Shown here: positions 28,501 to 40,800 of the stretch, piece by piece
Layout: each line of letters begins with the position of its first letter
Position numbering within the stretch: the stretch's first letter is position 1
Source of the DNA: Anaeramoeba ignava BMAN
Taxonomy: Eukaryota; Protista; Anaeramoebae
Assembly (NCBI GenBank): GCA_028826165.1
Contig: JAPDFW010000069.1
Coordinates: 248,001-312,000 of the forward strand
Direction of reading: 5' to 3'
Length of the DNA stretch: 64,000 nucleotides
Made by a program: the position numbers and the translations under genes
Notes under the pieces: generated by a model
Databases searched by the model: none
What the model was told of the DNA's origin: nothing
The model's input: the letters and a program-made list of their open reading frames with translations, nothing else

Positions 28501-31500
28501 TTAAAATTTGAATATGAGTTGGTTCATAAATAATTTTGATATTTTGTGAATAAGATTTATTATCACAAACAAATTGAATATTTATTTCCTCAATTTCTTC
28601 TTCTAAATCCAAAAATAAATTTGAAAATATTGCAATTCCATTTTCATTTGTAATTTCTGTTTTGATATCAATATATTGAGTATTATCAGAACTATTCTGC
28701 ATTTGTAAAATAATATATTTATTAGGGATAAGTTCATTTGTATTTTGATTTGAAACAAGAACTTTTGGAGAAATTGGGAAAGGTTGATTATAAAATATTT
28801 GAGAAGGAATATCAAAAAATTGCCAATCAAATTCTTCAATTGAAACATTTAAATCCTTTTCCTTTATTATTAAGGTTATAATAATCAAGAGTTGGATTTT
28901 CACAATCTGGAATCCAAAAATAAGAATTAATTGTTGTTGATTTCGAAATTTGAAGAAAAGAAATATTCCAAGTTACATATCCAGTTTCATTTGAAGGAGC
29001 TGTACTTAAAATATCTCCAGTTATTCCTGTATTAACATCTATTACTTCAACTTCACTTGGGATGAAAGGATCGAAAATTGAAAAATAAGCATAATATCCT
29101 TGAATTGGTTCTCCTGTTGAATTTGTAATTTGTAAAATTGGTTGAGAAGGAATTTTGTTATATCCTGATACAAATGGAATGGATGTATTCCAAGTTAAAT
29201 TGAAATTATAATCTTTATGAGGAAAACAAAGTTTAACAGGAACTTCTGAATTTGAAGGAACTCCATTTACAAAAATCATTAAATTGAAAGAATCATAAAT
29301 TGATTGTTGATTGATTATAAAATTATCCAAAATTAATTCTAATTCAAATAGAAAAATAAATATAAAAAATTAATTTGAATTTAAATTAAAAATAAAAATA
29401 AAAATAAAAACCTGTTCCATTTAATGTATAATTTGATTGGAATAAATTATTTGTTTCATTTTTTACTGTTTCGCTTGAATTTCTTCCAAAAAGTTTTCCA
29501 TAATAATTATTTGAATTTAAAGAAAGAATATTAACAGTTAAATTATTTTCTGAAATATTATTTCCAGTTATATTCAATTTGATTGATTCATTTCCAAAAG
29601 GTTGGCCAGGTATAAAATTTTGATTTGGATTTGGAAAATGAGAAATTTCAACTTTTTCAATATCATTTGATAAACTCATTCCAAAACATTCTTTCCAATC
29701 ATAATTTTCAAAATCAGGAATATAATCTTTTCCAATTACTAAACATAATTCAGTTCTCATTGAAATTCCATAAATTCTTGTTGAAAATATTCCTGTTCCA
29801 TTTATAATATTCCAATATCCTTCTTCAGGATAAATTAAATATCCCATTGGTAAATCTCCTGGATTAATAAATCCTGTTAAATTATAATTTTCATTAATAA
29901 CATCTCCTTTATAATTTTCAATAGAAATGTTCAAATTTATCAATTCTCCTGATTTTATATTTTCATTCCAATCTATTATTTCAATTTTGGAAATTGAAGT
30001 TAAATTAAGATTATTCCAATCATCTTTACTAATTCCAATCTCAATCTTAATCATTTCTGATTCAATTCCATCAACAATAACTGAACAATTTTGATAAGAA
30101 TAATAATAATAATCATTATTGTAATAATAATTAAAATCATTAGGAAGAATTAAAGCAAAATCTAAATATAAAGAAACAAGTCCATTTTGATTTGTGATAA
30201 ATTGATAAGGTTGAAATGTAAAATCTGAACAATTAAAAGAAATTAATTTATTTGGAATTCCTTTTCCAAATTCATTTTGAACTTGAATAACAGGCCAAGT
30301 ATCATTACTTATTATTTTAAAATCTTCTGTAATATTGATTGAATTCATTGTTTCAATCCAAATAATTTTATTAATTGAAGAATTAACTTGAATATTATCA
30401 GTTTCAATAAAAAATCCATCTGAAATAAATTTAATTTTAAATGAACAATTATTCTTTGTTAATCCTGAAATTGAAAATTTTAAATTTGAAAAAGTTGCTC
30501 TAAAAAATAATTCCAAAAAATAATTTGAATTAAAAATTTAATTTTGTTAATTTTGTGTTTTTAAATTTGTTTTACATTCCAAATTCATTTGTAAAAGAAA
30601 TAGGATTTAAAAGAACTTTTGAATTTTCAATAGGAGATTGATTTTCTGAAATTCCAAAATTACATTGTTTAGAAATTTTTGCAAAAACAGGTTTATTTTG
30701 AATTGTTTTATTTTCATTATATTTAACAATAATTTCCCAAGGTTTTGAAAATATTTCTCCTTCTTTCACAATAAAAGATCCATTTTCATTAATTTCAATT
30801 TTGGAAACTATTTTTTTAAATTAAAATTAAAAATAAAATTAAATTTAAATTTAAATTTAAAATTTAAAATTCAAACCATTTGTTTCAAAATTTAAAATAA
30901 AATAATTTTCAGTTAAATAAGAATTTTGTGAAGAATCATAAATTTTCATGTGATTTCCTTCATAAAAACTTGTTAAATTCATTTTTGTTGAAGTTGCTCC
31001 ACTTAATAAATTAAAAATTTTAATTGATGGAAATAAAACATTTGGTAAAAAAGAAGAAGAAGTTAAATTGACAAAAACTATTTAAAAATTAAAATTAAAA
31101 TTAGAATGATTTGATTTAATTTAATTTAATTTAATTTAATTTTTGTTTTTTTACAATAAGATTCATATTCAGGATAAATCCAAGTTCTATTTGCTGGAAT
31201 TGGAAATATTGAAATATTATTCAAATAAACTTGATTTTTTAAACTTGATTCACTTAAACTAAATCCAAAAATGAAAAGGATTTCTTTTCCAAAATTGAAT
31301 ATTTCACTATTAAAAGATCCATTTTTTGCAAAATAAAATTTATCAACTAAATCAAAGAAATAAAATAATATTTTTTAATAAATAAATAGAAATTGATTTG
31401 AATTAAATTAATTAATTACTTATGGGTTTCATTGAAAGTGGAAAAGAAATTTGAGATGTTGTTGAATTTGAATAAATTGATTTTAATGAAATATTTTGAG

Positions 31501-34500
31501 CTAAAATTAAATTAAAATTAAATTAAAATTAAATATTAATTGGATTTATTTTGGAAATAAATTTAAATAAATAATATTTACAAGGTCCATTCTTTTTAAA
31601 TTCATTTTCACTTTCAATTCCACATTCAGCAAAAAATGTTAAATTAATTGTTTGACTTATTCCTGAAATAATTGAAAGATTTGAAAATTTTACAAATCCA
31701 TCTTCATCAGAATATTGAATTGTATCTCCTGATATTGTAATTTGATTTTTCAAATATTCTTTCATTTCCATTAAACTTAAATCATTTCCTCCATAATTTT
31801 GACTTGAATCTAAAGAATATCCACTTGCAGTTACTTTACAATTTTTAATTCCATCACTTTTATATTTTTTGGAAACTCTTAACTAATAAGAAAATAAGAA
31901 AATAAAAGAATAAATTAAATTAAATTATTTATAAAAAAAAATAAAAGAAGAATTAAATAAATATCAATTAATTTACTTCAGTACTAAAAGTTTGGAAATA
32001 ATAAAGTTCAGTTTCATTTGGGAATTTAAAGAAATCCAAACTAAATTTTTTGTTTTTTAAATATTAAATAAATAAATAGTTAATAAATAAATAATTACTT
32101 TATCCCAATTTTATCTTCATTAATTTTTGTTGATTCAAGTAAATATCTAATTGCAACTCCAAATGTAAAAATGAAAAAAGTAGAAAGTAAAATAACTGTA
32201 AGAGATCTCCAAATAACATCATCTCCAACAAAATCAAGAAAATTTGGTTTTCCAATCCATTTCAAAATTGGTTTAAAGCAACTACAACATTTACTTGGTT
32301 TTTTGATTTTTTGATATTTTTTTGATTCTTTTCTTTCAATAATTTTCTTTTTCTTTTTCTTTTTCTTTTTAATTTTCAAAATTAAGTAAATCACAATTAA
32401 AGAAATTATTATCAAAATTGGAATAATTGTTGAAAGAATAATAATAATTGATTTGGATGATTTTTGATTTGAAGGATTTGAGATTGGAATTGGAGTTGGA
32501 GTTGGAAGAGAAAATTGATGAAATGAAATTTGTGGATTATCACTATCAGAATAAGCTGTTGAATAAAGATATCTTGTTGATGAATCAAATGTAAAAATAT
32601 TGAAAGAATAATTCCAATTTGTTTCTGTAAGAATTTGAAATGAATTTAAATCAATTTGAATTATTTTGGTTGAATATTGATCATCGTTAATAGGAACCAG
32701 GCACGCCACTATTAAGTGAGAGTTTGAAACAGGAATAACGTGGATAACAATATTTTCTTGATTTTGTTGTATTATTTGAACTTCTTTAAATAAGAAATAT
32801 CCATATCTGGATTTTGAATCAATAAATGAACTGAGGAAAGAAAGAGAAAAAAATTGATCTGATTCAATCTTAACATAATCATCTAAAACCCTCATTTCAG
32901 ATAATTCAATTCCACAAATTTGGATTCCATCATTTTCAGATTCCCAGAGAAAATAAATGTATTGATGAATTGAATTAAATAACATTGTTTGAATTGGATA
33001 ATAATTTGTTAAATCCAAATAAGATATTTGATTAAAAGAATCAAAGATCAATTTTAATTAAATCAAGCCAAAAACCTATTGGATTATTAATTTCCATAAA
33101 TGAATAAAGTGATTTTTTTGGAAGAATCAACAAATAAATTTTGGAATTGTTTAAAATCAGAAATTGGAAAATAATCAACAATTTCTAAATTTGGAGAATT
33201 TATTTTAAGAATTTTTCCATTTTCATCAGTTAAATTTGAAAATCCAACATAAAGGAAATGATTTTGGTTATCAAAACAAGTTGATTGAATTGATCCATTT
33301 GAATCAAGAATTTTCATTTCTGAAATTGAAAAATTGGATAATTCAACTTTCATAATTTTTGAAATTTTTGTTTGAGAACTTATAAAAAAATAAGCAAATC
33401 CATTTGAAGAATCAATTTCTCCAAAATTAATTTTATCAGAAGAATTATCATTTGTTATGTAATCTATTAATTGAAAAGAAGATAAATCAATTTTTGCAAC
33501 TAATACAAAAAGATAATCAAATCCAACATAAGCAATTTGATTTAATTCATCAATTAAAATGATGGATGGATCTTGAAAATTTCCCAATCCTGAATTCTTT
33601 TCTTGGAATTCTAATAAATCAAACTTGATAAATGATGAATTAGTGAATCCAATATAAGCATAAGTTGTTGATGAATCAAAAGATATTACAGGAAAAGCAT
33701 CTGAAAAGGAATATGATTGAATACTTTCAAAAGAAGTAAGATTAATTTTCTGAATACAGATAAATTGAGAGAAAAAAAAATCAAAAACACAACCAACCAC
33801 AAAATAACCTAAATGATTCACTGTATCAATTCCTACTGAAATAATATCATTATAATCTTTATCTTCCACAGTTATATTATCCATTTTTGTAAAATCAGTC
33901 AAATTTACTTTCACAATTATCAAAGATGGATAATAAGAAAAGCCAACATACATTAAATTTGTTGAATTATCAATAATTCCATTCATATTTGACCATTCAG
34001 AGAAAATCTCAATTAAAGTAAGTGTTCCAATTTCTGATAAATTTCCTAAATCAATTTTCTGTATTTGAGGATTTGAATTGGAATTATTTGTTGAGAAAAT
34101 ATAAAGATATTGATTGAAGAGATCAATTTGAGAACCATAAATAGAATCTACATCAATACTTGTATTCAATTCGATTGAAAAATTTGTTAAATCAATTTTG
34201 AAAATTTGATAATTGTCAGAAGAGCAATAATCATAACATTTCAAAATAAAATAAGCTTTGGAATTATTTAAATCAATGTGTGAAGAAATAAAACCCCAAT
34301 CCAAATAAGATTCAGGTAACTCAATAGAATCTATAATTGAAAAGCTTGATAAATTGAATTTAATTATTTTTGGATTTTCATTCCAACTATATTCGTATGG
34401 ATTTGTTGCCAAATATGCAATTTGATTTTTTGGATCAATTACTCCTGTTAAAATTTGTTGATCAAGATCACTTAAATAAGATGAATTAAACAAATGAAGG

Positions 34501-34986
34501 GAATTTAAATCAATTTGAAAAATTGAATTCTCAAGAAAACTTCCGAATGGAGAACAGTCAAAATTGAAATAGTAAAGAAATCCATTGCTTTCATCAATTA
34601 AAGATAAAGTTGGATTTAAAATGGATCTTGGAAAATGAAAAGAGTTTTCCAAAGTTTGATTTTGAACAATTAAAATGAAGAAAGAAAAACAAAATAAAAG
34701 AATAAAAAACTTGATTTTCCTAATTTTTCCCAAACAAAAACAAAAAACAAAAACAAAAACAAAAACAACAAATAAAATCAAAAACAAAAAAAATAAAATC
34801 AAAAAAAAAAAACAAAAACAACAAAAACAAAAACAAAAGCAAAAATAAAAAGCAAAAGCAAAAAATAAAATCAAAATCAAAATCAAAAATAAAGCAAAAA
34901 TAAAAATCAAAATCAAAAAATAAAAGAAAAAAGGAAAATAAGTTAATTGTTTTGTTTTGTGAAATTTGTTCAAAAATTATTTACAT
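25535..34986 (-). CDS. Giant multi-pass receptor: signal peptide, beta-propeller-like repeats, TM-loop-TM, Ig-like ectodomain, STRA6/RBP-receptor-like membrane domain
   Basis: Start codon split AT|G by intron 34720-34984, then 8 further phase-consistent GT-AG introns between 32098 and 29339. STRA6-like motifs FYYPQRM, KRIMLLRQGK, TNRTAFSIYDFIKFF, FRLD..DESYSAMMLIDHEINNPILRIF, LLTLSSNKNLKELRK. Needs three 1-nt homopolymer corrections (about 33115, 33045 and 28858). Confidence 0.6.
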
Positions 34987-35184
34987 TTAAAATTAAAAGA
35001 TCAAAAATCCAAAGAAAGTAAAATAATAATAAAAGGAAAACTGTAAAGGAAATAGTTTCTTTTTTAAATTAAAAAGAAAAAATGAAAACTGAATAAAACA
35101 AAATATTATTTTTTTTTCCTTTTTTTTTCTCCTTTTTTCTTTATTCCACTTTTTTTTTTCTTCTTTTTATCTCTTCATTTTTTA

Positions 35185-35580
35185 AACAGAATGGAAATAT
35201 ATTTGAATTTAATATTAATTTGAAATTAATTTATATTTTATATTTATAAATAAAATTAAAACAGAAAAATATATTTTTATTAATTAATTTTTTGATATTT
35301 AATTAATAAAATATTTTAATTAATTTTTTAAACAAAATGGGAATAGATTTAAATTAAATATTAATTTGAAATTAATTTTTATTTTATATTTATAAATAAA
35401 ATTAATTATTAGAAATATATTTTTATTAATTAATTTTTTGATATTTAATTAATAAAATATTTTAATTAATTTTTTAAATAGAATGGAAATAGATTTGAAT
35501 TTAATATTAATTTGAAATTAATTTTTATTTTATATTTATAAATAAAATTAATACTAAAAAATGGGATAAATAAATGGAAA
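35185..35580 (+). repeat. About 146-bp AT-rich tandem repeat (about 2.6 units), family B, related to family A
   Basis: aatgg(g/a)aatagattt-like anchor at about 35190, 35337 and 35482. Confidence 0.8.
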
Positions 35581-35759
35581 AAATTTAAATAAAAAAATAA
35601 AAAAGAAATTTTTTCGAATGAAAAAAAAATTTTAACAAAAAATTTAAATTAAAAAATAAAATAAAAATAAAAAGAAAAAATTTAATTAATTTTATTTTCA
35701 TTCTTTTTCTTTTTTAATAATTTTTTTAAATTTAAATTTTTTTAAAAACAAAAACAAAA

Positions 35760-36338
35760 ATGCAATCAATTAAATGTGTAGTTGTTGGAGATGGAGCAGT
35801 TGGTAAAACATGTTTATTAATATCATATACAACAAATGCATTTCCAGGAGAATATATACCAACAGTATTTGATAATTATTCAGCCAATGTAATGGTAGAT
35901 GGAAAACCAATCAATTTAGGATTATGGGATACAGCAGGACAAGAAGATTACGATAGATTAAGACCATTATCATATCCACAAACGGATGTATTTTTGATCT
36001 GCTTTTCATTGATTTCACCTTCTTCTTTTGAAAACGTTAGAGCTAAATGGGTTCCTGAAATTCATCATCATTGTTCTAATGTTCCTATGATTCTTGTTGG
36101 TACTAAGCTTGATTTGAGAGATGACCAAGATACTATCATGAAACTTGAAGAAAAAGGTTTATCTCCTATTAGTTATCAAGCTGGTATGGATATGGCTAAA
36201 GAAATTAAAGCGGTTAAATATTTGGAATGTTCTGCTTTGACTCAGAAAAATTTGAAAACTGTTTTTGATGAATCTATTCGTGCTGTTCTTTCTCCTGTTA
36301 AACCTGATAAACCAAAAAAGAAATGCTCTATTTTATAA
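35760..36338 (+). CDS. RAC1: Rac-family Rho GTPase (intronless)
   Basis: [65 protein letters not shown]; CaaX CSIL. Confidence 0.96.
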   Translation: MQSIKCVVVGDGAVGKTCLLISYTTNAFPGEYIPTVFDNYSANVMVDGKPINLGLWDTAGQEDYDRLRPLSYPQTDVFLICFSLISPSSFENVRAKWVPEIHHHCSNVPMILVGTKLDLRDDQDTIMKLEEKGLSPISYQAGMDMAKEIKAVKYLECSALTQKNLKTVFDESIRAVLSPVKPDKPKKKCSIL

Positions 36339-36429
36339 TTTTCTTTTTTTTTAAAAACAAAAAAAACAAAAATTTTAATAAAATATCTTGTTATTGAAAA
36401 ATCAAAACAACAATTTTTTCTTTTTTTAA

Positions 36430-37620
36430 AACATTAAATTATTATTTCAAACATAAAATTAAATATTATATTATATTTTTAAATTAATTTATAAATTAAA
36501 TATTAAATTAAATCTATTCTCATTTTTTATATTTATATGTTAAATATTTAAATAATAAAATATTTAAATCTAAAACATTAAATTATTATTTTAATAATAA
36601 AATTAAATATTAAATTATATTTTTAAATTGATTTATAAATTAAATATTAAATTAAATCTATTCTTATTTTTTATATTTATATGTTAAATATTTAAATAAT
36701 AAAATATTTAAAATCTAAAACATTAAATTAATATTTTTAATAATAAAATTAAATATTAAATTATATTTTTAAATTAATTTATAAATTAAATATTAAATTA
36801 AATCTATTCTTATTTTTTATATTTATATGTTAAATATTTAAATAATAAAATATTTAAATCTAAAACATTAAATTATTATTTTAATAATAAAATTAATTAT
36901 TAAATTATATTTTTAAATTAATTTCTAAATCAAATATTAAATTAAATCTATTCTTATTTTTATATTTATATGTTAAATATTTAAATAATAAAATATTTAA
37001 ATATAAAACATTAAATTATTATTTTAATAATAAAATTAAATATTAAATTATATTTTTAAATTAATTTATAAATTAAATATTAAATTAAACCTATTTCCAT
37101 TTTTATATTTATATGTTAAATATTTTAAATAATAAAATATTTAAATCTAAAACATTAAATTATTATTTTAATAAAATTAAATATTAAATTATATTTTTAA
37201 ATTAATTTATAAATTAAATATTAAATTAAATCTATTCTTATTTTTTATATTTATATGTTAAATATTTAAATAATAAAATATTTAAATCTAAAACAATAAA
37301 TTATTATTTTTAATAATAAAATTAAATATTAAATTATATTTTTGAATTAATTTCTAAATCAAATATTAAATTAAATCTATTCTTATTTTTATATTTATTT
37401 GTTAAATATTTAAATAATAAAATATTTAAATCTAAAACAATAAATTATTATTTTAATAATAAAATTAAATATTAAATTATATTTTTAAATTAATTTATAA
37501 ATTAAATATTAAATTAAATCTATTCTTATTTTTTATATTTATATGTTAAATATTTAAATAATAAAATATTTAAATCTAAAACATTAAATTACTATTTTAA
37601 ACATAAAATTAAATATTAAA
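36430..37620 (-). repeat. Family-A 144-bp tandem array, reverse orientation (about 8 units)
   Basis: aaattaaatctattcttatttt recurs about every 144 bp; reverse complement of the 22070-23250 unit. Confidence 0.9.
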
Positions 37621-37800
37621 TTGAAATTATTTTATTTTCATTTGAGATTTTATTTTATTAATTGGGAAAATATTTTTATTCTTATTTTCTAATTTAAAAC
37701 AAAATTAAAATCAAATTTAATTCAATTTTCTTTATTCATTCAATCCAAAAAAAAAGTGGAATAAAATGTTTTTGTTTTGAATTAAAACAGAATATTCAAA

Positions 37801-40800
37801 TTATTTCTTAAATTGAATCTTTTCTAATTTATAATTTAGTAAATTGTTATAGAAATTTGGAATTTCCAAGATCACTTTTGTTAAAAGAAAAAAAGATTCA
37901 TCAATATTAATATTTTGTTTTGCAGAAGTTTCAATAAATGGAATTCCAATTTTATCAGCAAATTTTTGAGCTTCTTCTTTTGAAACTTCTCTTTCTTTTT
38001 CCAAATCACATTTATTTCCAATTAATATTTTTGGAGCATTTGGAGAACCCCATCTATCAACATCACGAAGAAATGCAGGAATATTATCAAAAGAATATCT
38101 ATCAGTAATATCATAAACTATCATAAATCCCATTGCTCCCTTATAATAAGCTAATTTTTGAAATTTTTATTTTGGAATCAAATCAATTTTAATTTTGTTT
38201 AAATAAAAAGAAAAAAGAATGAATTTTTGGATTTTTTATGTTTTTAATTGTGAGATAATTAAGATTCCAAAAATTTGAAAAGAAATTTAAAATAAAAATT
38301 ACCTGTTGTGACTGTTCGGAAACGCTCTACAAAAATGAAAAAGAAAAAGAAAAGAAAAGGGAAATTACAAAATAAAAAAATAAAGAAATATTTTGATAAT
38401 TAATTTAAATTTTCTTTTTCCTTTTGATTTTGATTTTGATTTTGATTTTGATTTTGATTTTGATTTTGATTTAAAAAGAAATTATGAACAAACCTTGACC
38501 AGCTGTATCCCAAATTTGAAGTTTAATTATTTTTCCAATCAATTCCAAAAAATTTTTCTTGAAATCTATTCCGATTGTTGCGATTATTGAAAGAGGAAAA
38601 TTATTATCCACAAATCTCTTCAAAATAGAACTTTTTCCTGGTCCGCTTCCTCCAATAATCAGAAGTTTTAAAAGAATCTAAAGGATATTTTTCAAAATAA
38701 AAAACAATTTCCAATCAAAATAAAAGGAGAATGATTTAATTTATTATTTTGAAAAGAAAAAAGTAATAAAATAAAATTTGGATTTAAATAATAATTTCTC
38801 AATATTTTTCTATTTTGGAAATAATAAAAATAATTTAATTTCAAAAATTTACTTAAAAGAAATTCAAATAAAAATAATGAAATATTCATAATAAAATTAA
38901 TTCATTATTTTTTCCCTTTTTTTGTTTAATAATTAAATTTAATTCAATTCAATTTTAATTTTGGATATTTGTAAAAAAATTAATCCAATTTTCCATTTTT
39001 CTTTTTGATAAATTTAAAATTTGGAAATAGATTTATCTTTTCCAAAAAAAATAAATAAAAATTTGATGATTAAAAAATTTGGATTGTTAAAAAAAATTAA
39101 AAAAATTAAATTATTGATTTATGTTCTTTCCAAAAATAATAAATTGGATAAATTTGTTTTGTTTTTTTTTGAATAAATAATACATCATAATCAAAATCTT
39201 CAGGAAGCTATTTAAATTTTCCAATAAAAATAAAAGAAGAAAATCAAAAAAAATTTTTATGATTAGATTAGATTATATTATATTATTGGTTTTTTTTTCT
39301 TTTAAATAATTTTAACAAAAATAAATATAATTTACATCTTCAATTTTTCTAAAATCTTCAATTTTCAATACGATGAATGGATATTCTTCTATCAAAATTT
39401 CCAAAAGAAGAAAAAGAATGAAAATTGTTTTGGATTGTTTTGTTTTTTTGTGGAATTTAAATATCCAATTATTAATAATGATAAAAAAAATGGAATAAAA
39501 TATAAATGAAAAAATGAATGAATTTGTTTTGTTAAAAATTGTTAAAAGAAAGAAAAAAGGAAAATGTTTTGTTTTACTTTTCTTTGATTTGATTTGATTT
39601 TGAATTTCTAAATAAATAAATTTTGTTTTTGTTTTTTAGAAAAGAAGAATGAATTGAAAAATTAATTTATTTTTTTATAATTTTTACTTTTATTTTTCAA
39701 TCCTAAATTTGATAAAGCTTTAAATCCTTGTTTTTTTAAAATTTTATCATTTTCAAATTTAATTACTGATAAAATGATTATTTCAATTCCTAATAATTCT
39801 TGAATTTTGTTTCGATTTTCTATTTTAATTTTGATTTTGATTTTGATTTTAATTTTGATTTTGATTTTGATTTTGATTTTGATTTTGATTTTGATTTTGA
39901 TTTTGATTTTGATTTTGGTTTTGATTTTGATTTTAATTTTAATTAATAAATTGATTTACCTTTTTCTTTTCCAATACTAATAAAAATTGAAAAAGATTGA
40001 AATTGAATTTTTTGATTATTTGGGAAATTTATCATTGCTTTTAAAATGAAATAAATTCCATTTAAATTTTCAAATTGAATTGATTTTTCTGTTGATTTTG
40101 AATTTGATTTTGAATTAATATTTTCTTTTCTTTTTGTTTGGGAAATAAATTAATTTTTGGATTTTACTTTTGTTTAATTCAGTAAATTTTCTTAAAGCAA
40201 AACATGAATTTTCTTGAATAATTTCATTTGTTGGAAAATTATTCATAAATTCAAGAATAAAAAGAACATCAATTTCAATTAATTCTTTTGTTTTTGCTTT
40301 TTTTAAGAAATCAAATATTAATTAAATAAAATGATAAATTGATTAAAATTATTCACTTCAATTGAATTCCCATTTTTGATTTGTTTTTGTGTTTAATTTA
40401 CTTTTATCATGTTGTTGAATTTTATTTGAAAGTTCTTGTAAAAAATTTATTGTTTTTTCTGATGATTGAAGAATTTCTATTTTTAATTTTTCATTTTCAA
40501 TTTCATTTTGAATATTTTTCATTTTTTGATCAATTTTTAAATAAAATTCATTTTTTCTTTTTTCAATTTCATTATTAAATTCTTGAATTATTTTTTCAAT
40601 TTCATTTAAATTTTCATTTTTAATTTCAATTTCTTGAATTTTATTTTCAATTTTTTCTAAATATTCATTTTTTTTAGATTTAATTCTATTTTTTATTTCT
40701 TGAATTATTTCATCATTTTTTTCCAAATTTTGATTTTCATTTTCATTTTGATTTTGATTTTGAATTTGAATTTGATTTTCATTTTCATTTTGATTTTCAT

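Noticed and set aside
32686-32748. Hammerhead, twister or pistol ribozyme, or SECIS element, in the GC-rich insert
   Set aside because: The required core motifs (e.g. CUGANGA with GAAA) are absent on both strands; kept only as an unexplained insertion.
22070-37620. CRISPR-like interpretation of the 144-bp arrays or of gtttgaaac at 32722
   Set aside because: The units are fully repeated with no unique spacers, there are no cas genes, and the context is eukaryotic.
40340-40362. TGA read-through or recoding linking the BTB ORF to the ARM exons via a gtgaat donor
   Set aside because: A typical gtaaat donor at 40401 in the same phase removes the stop; no code change is needed.
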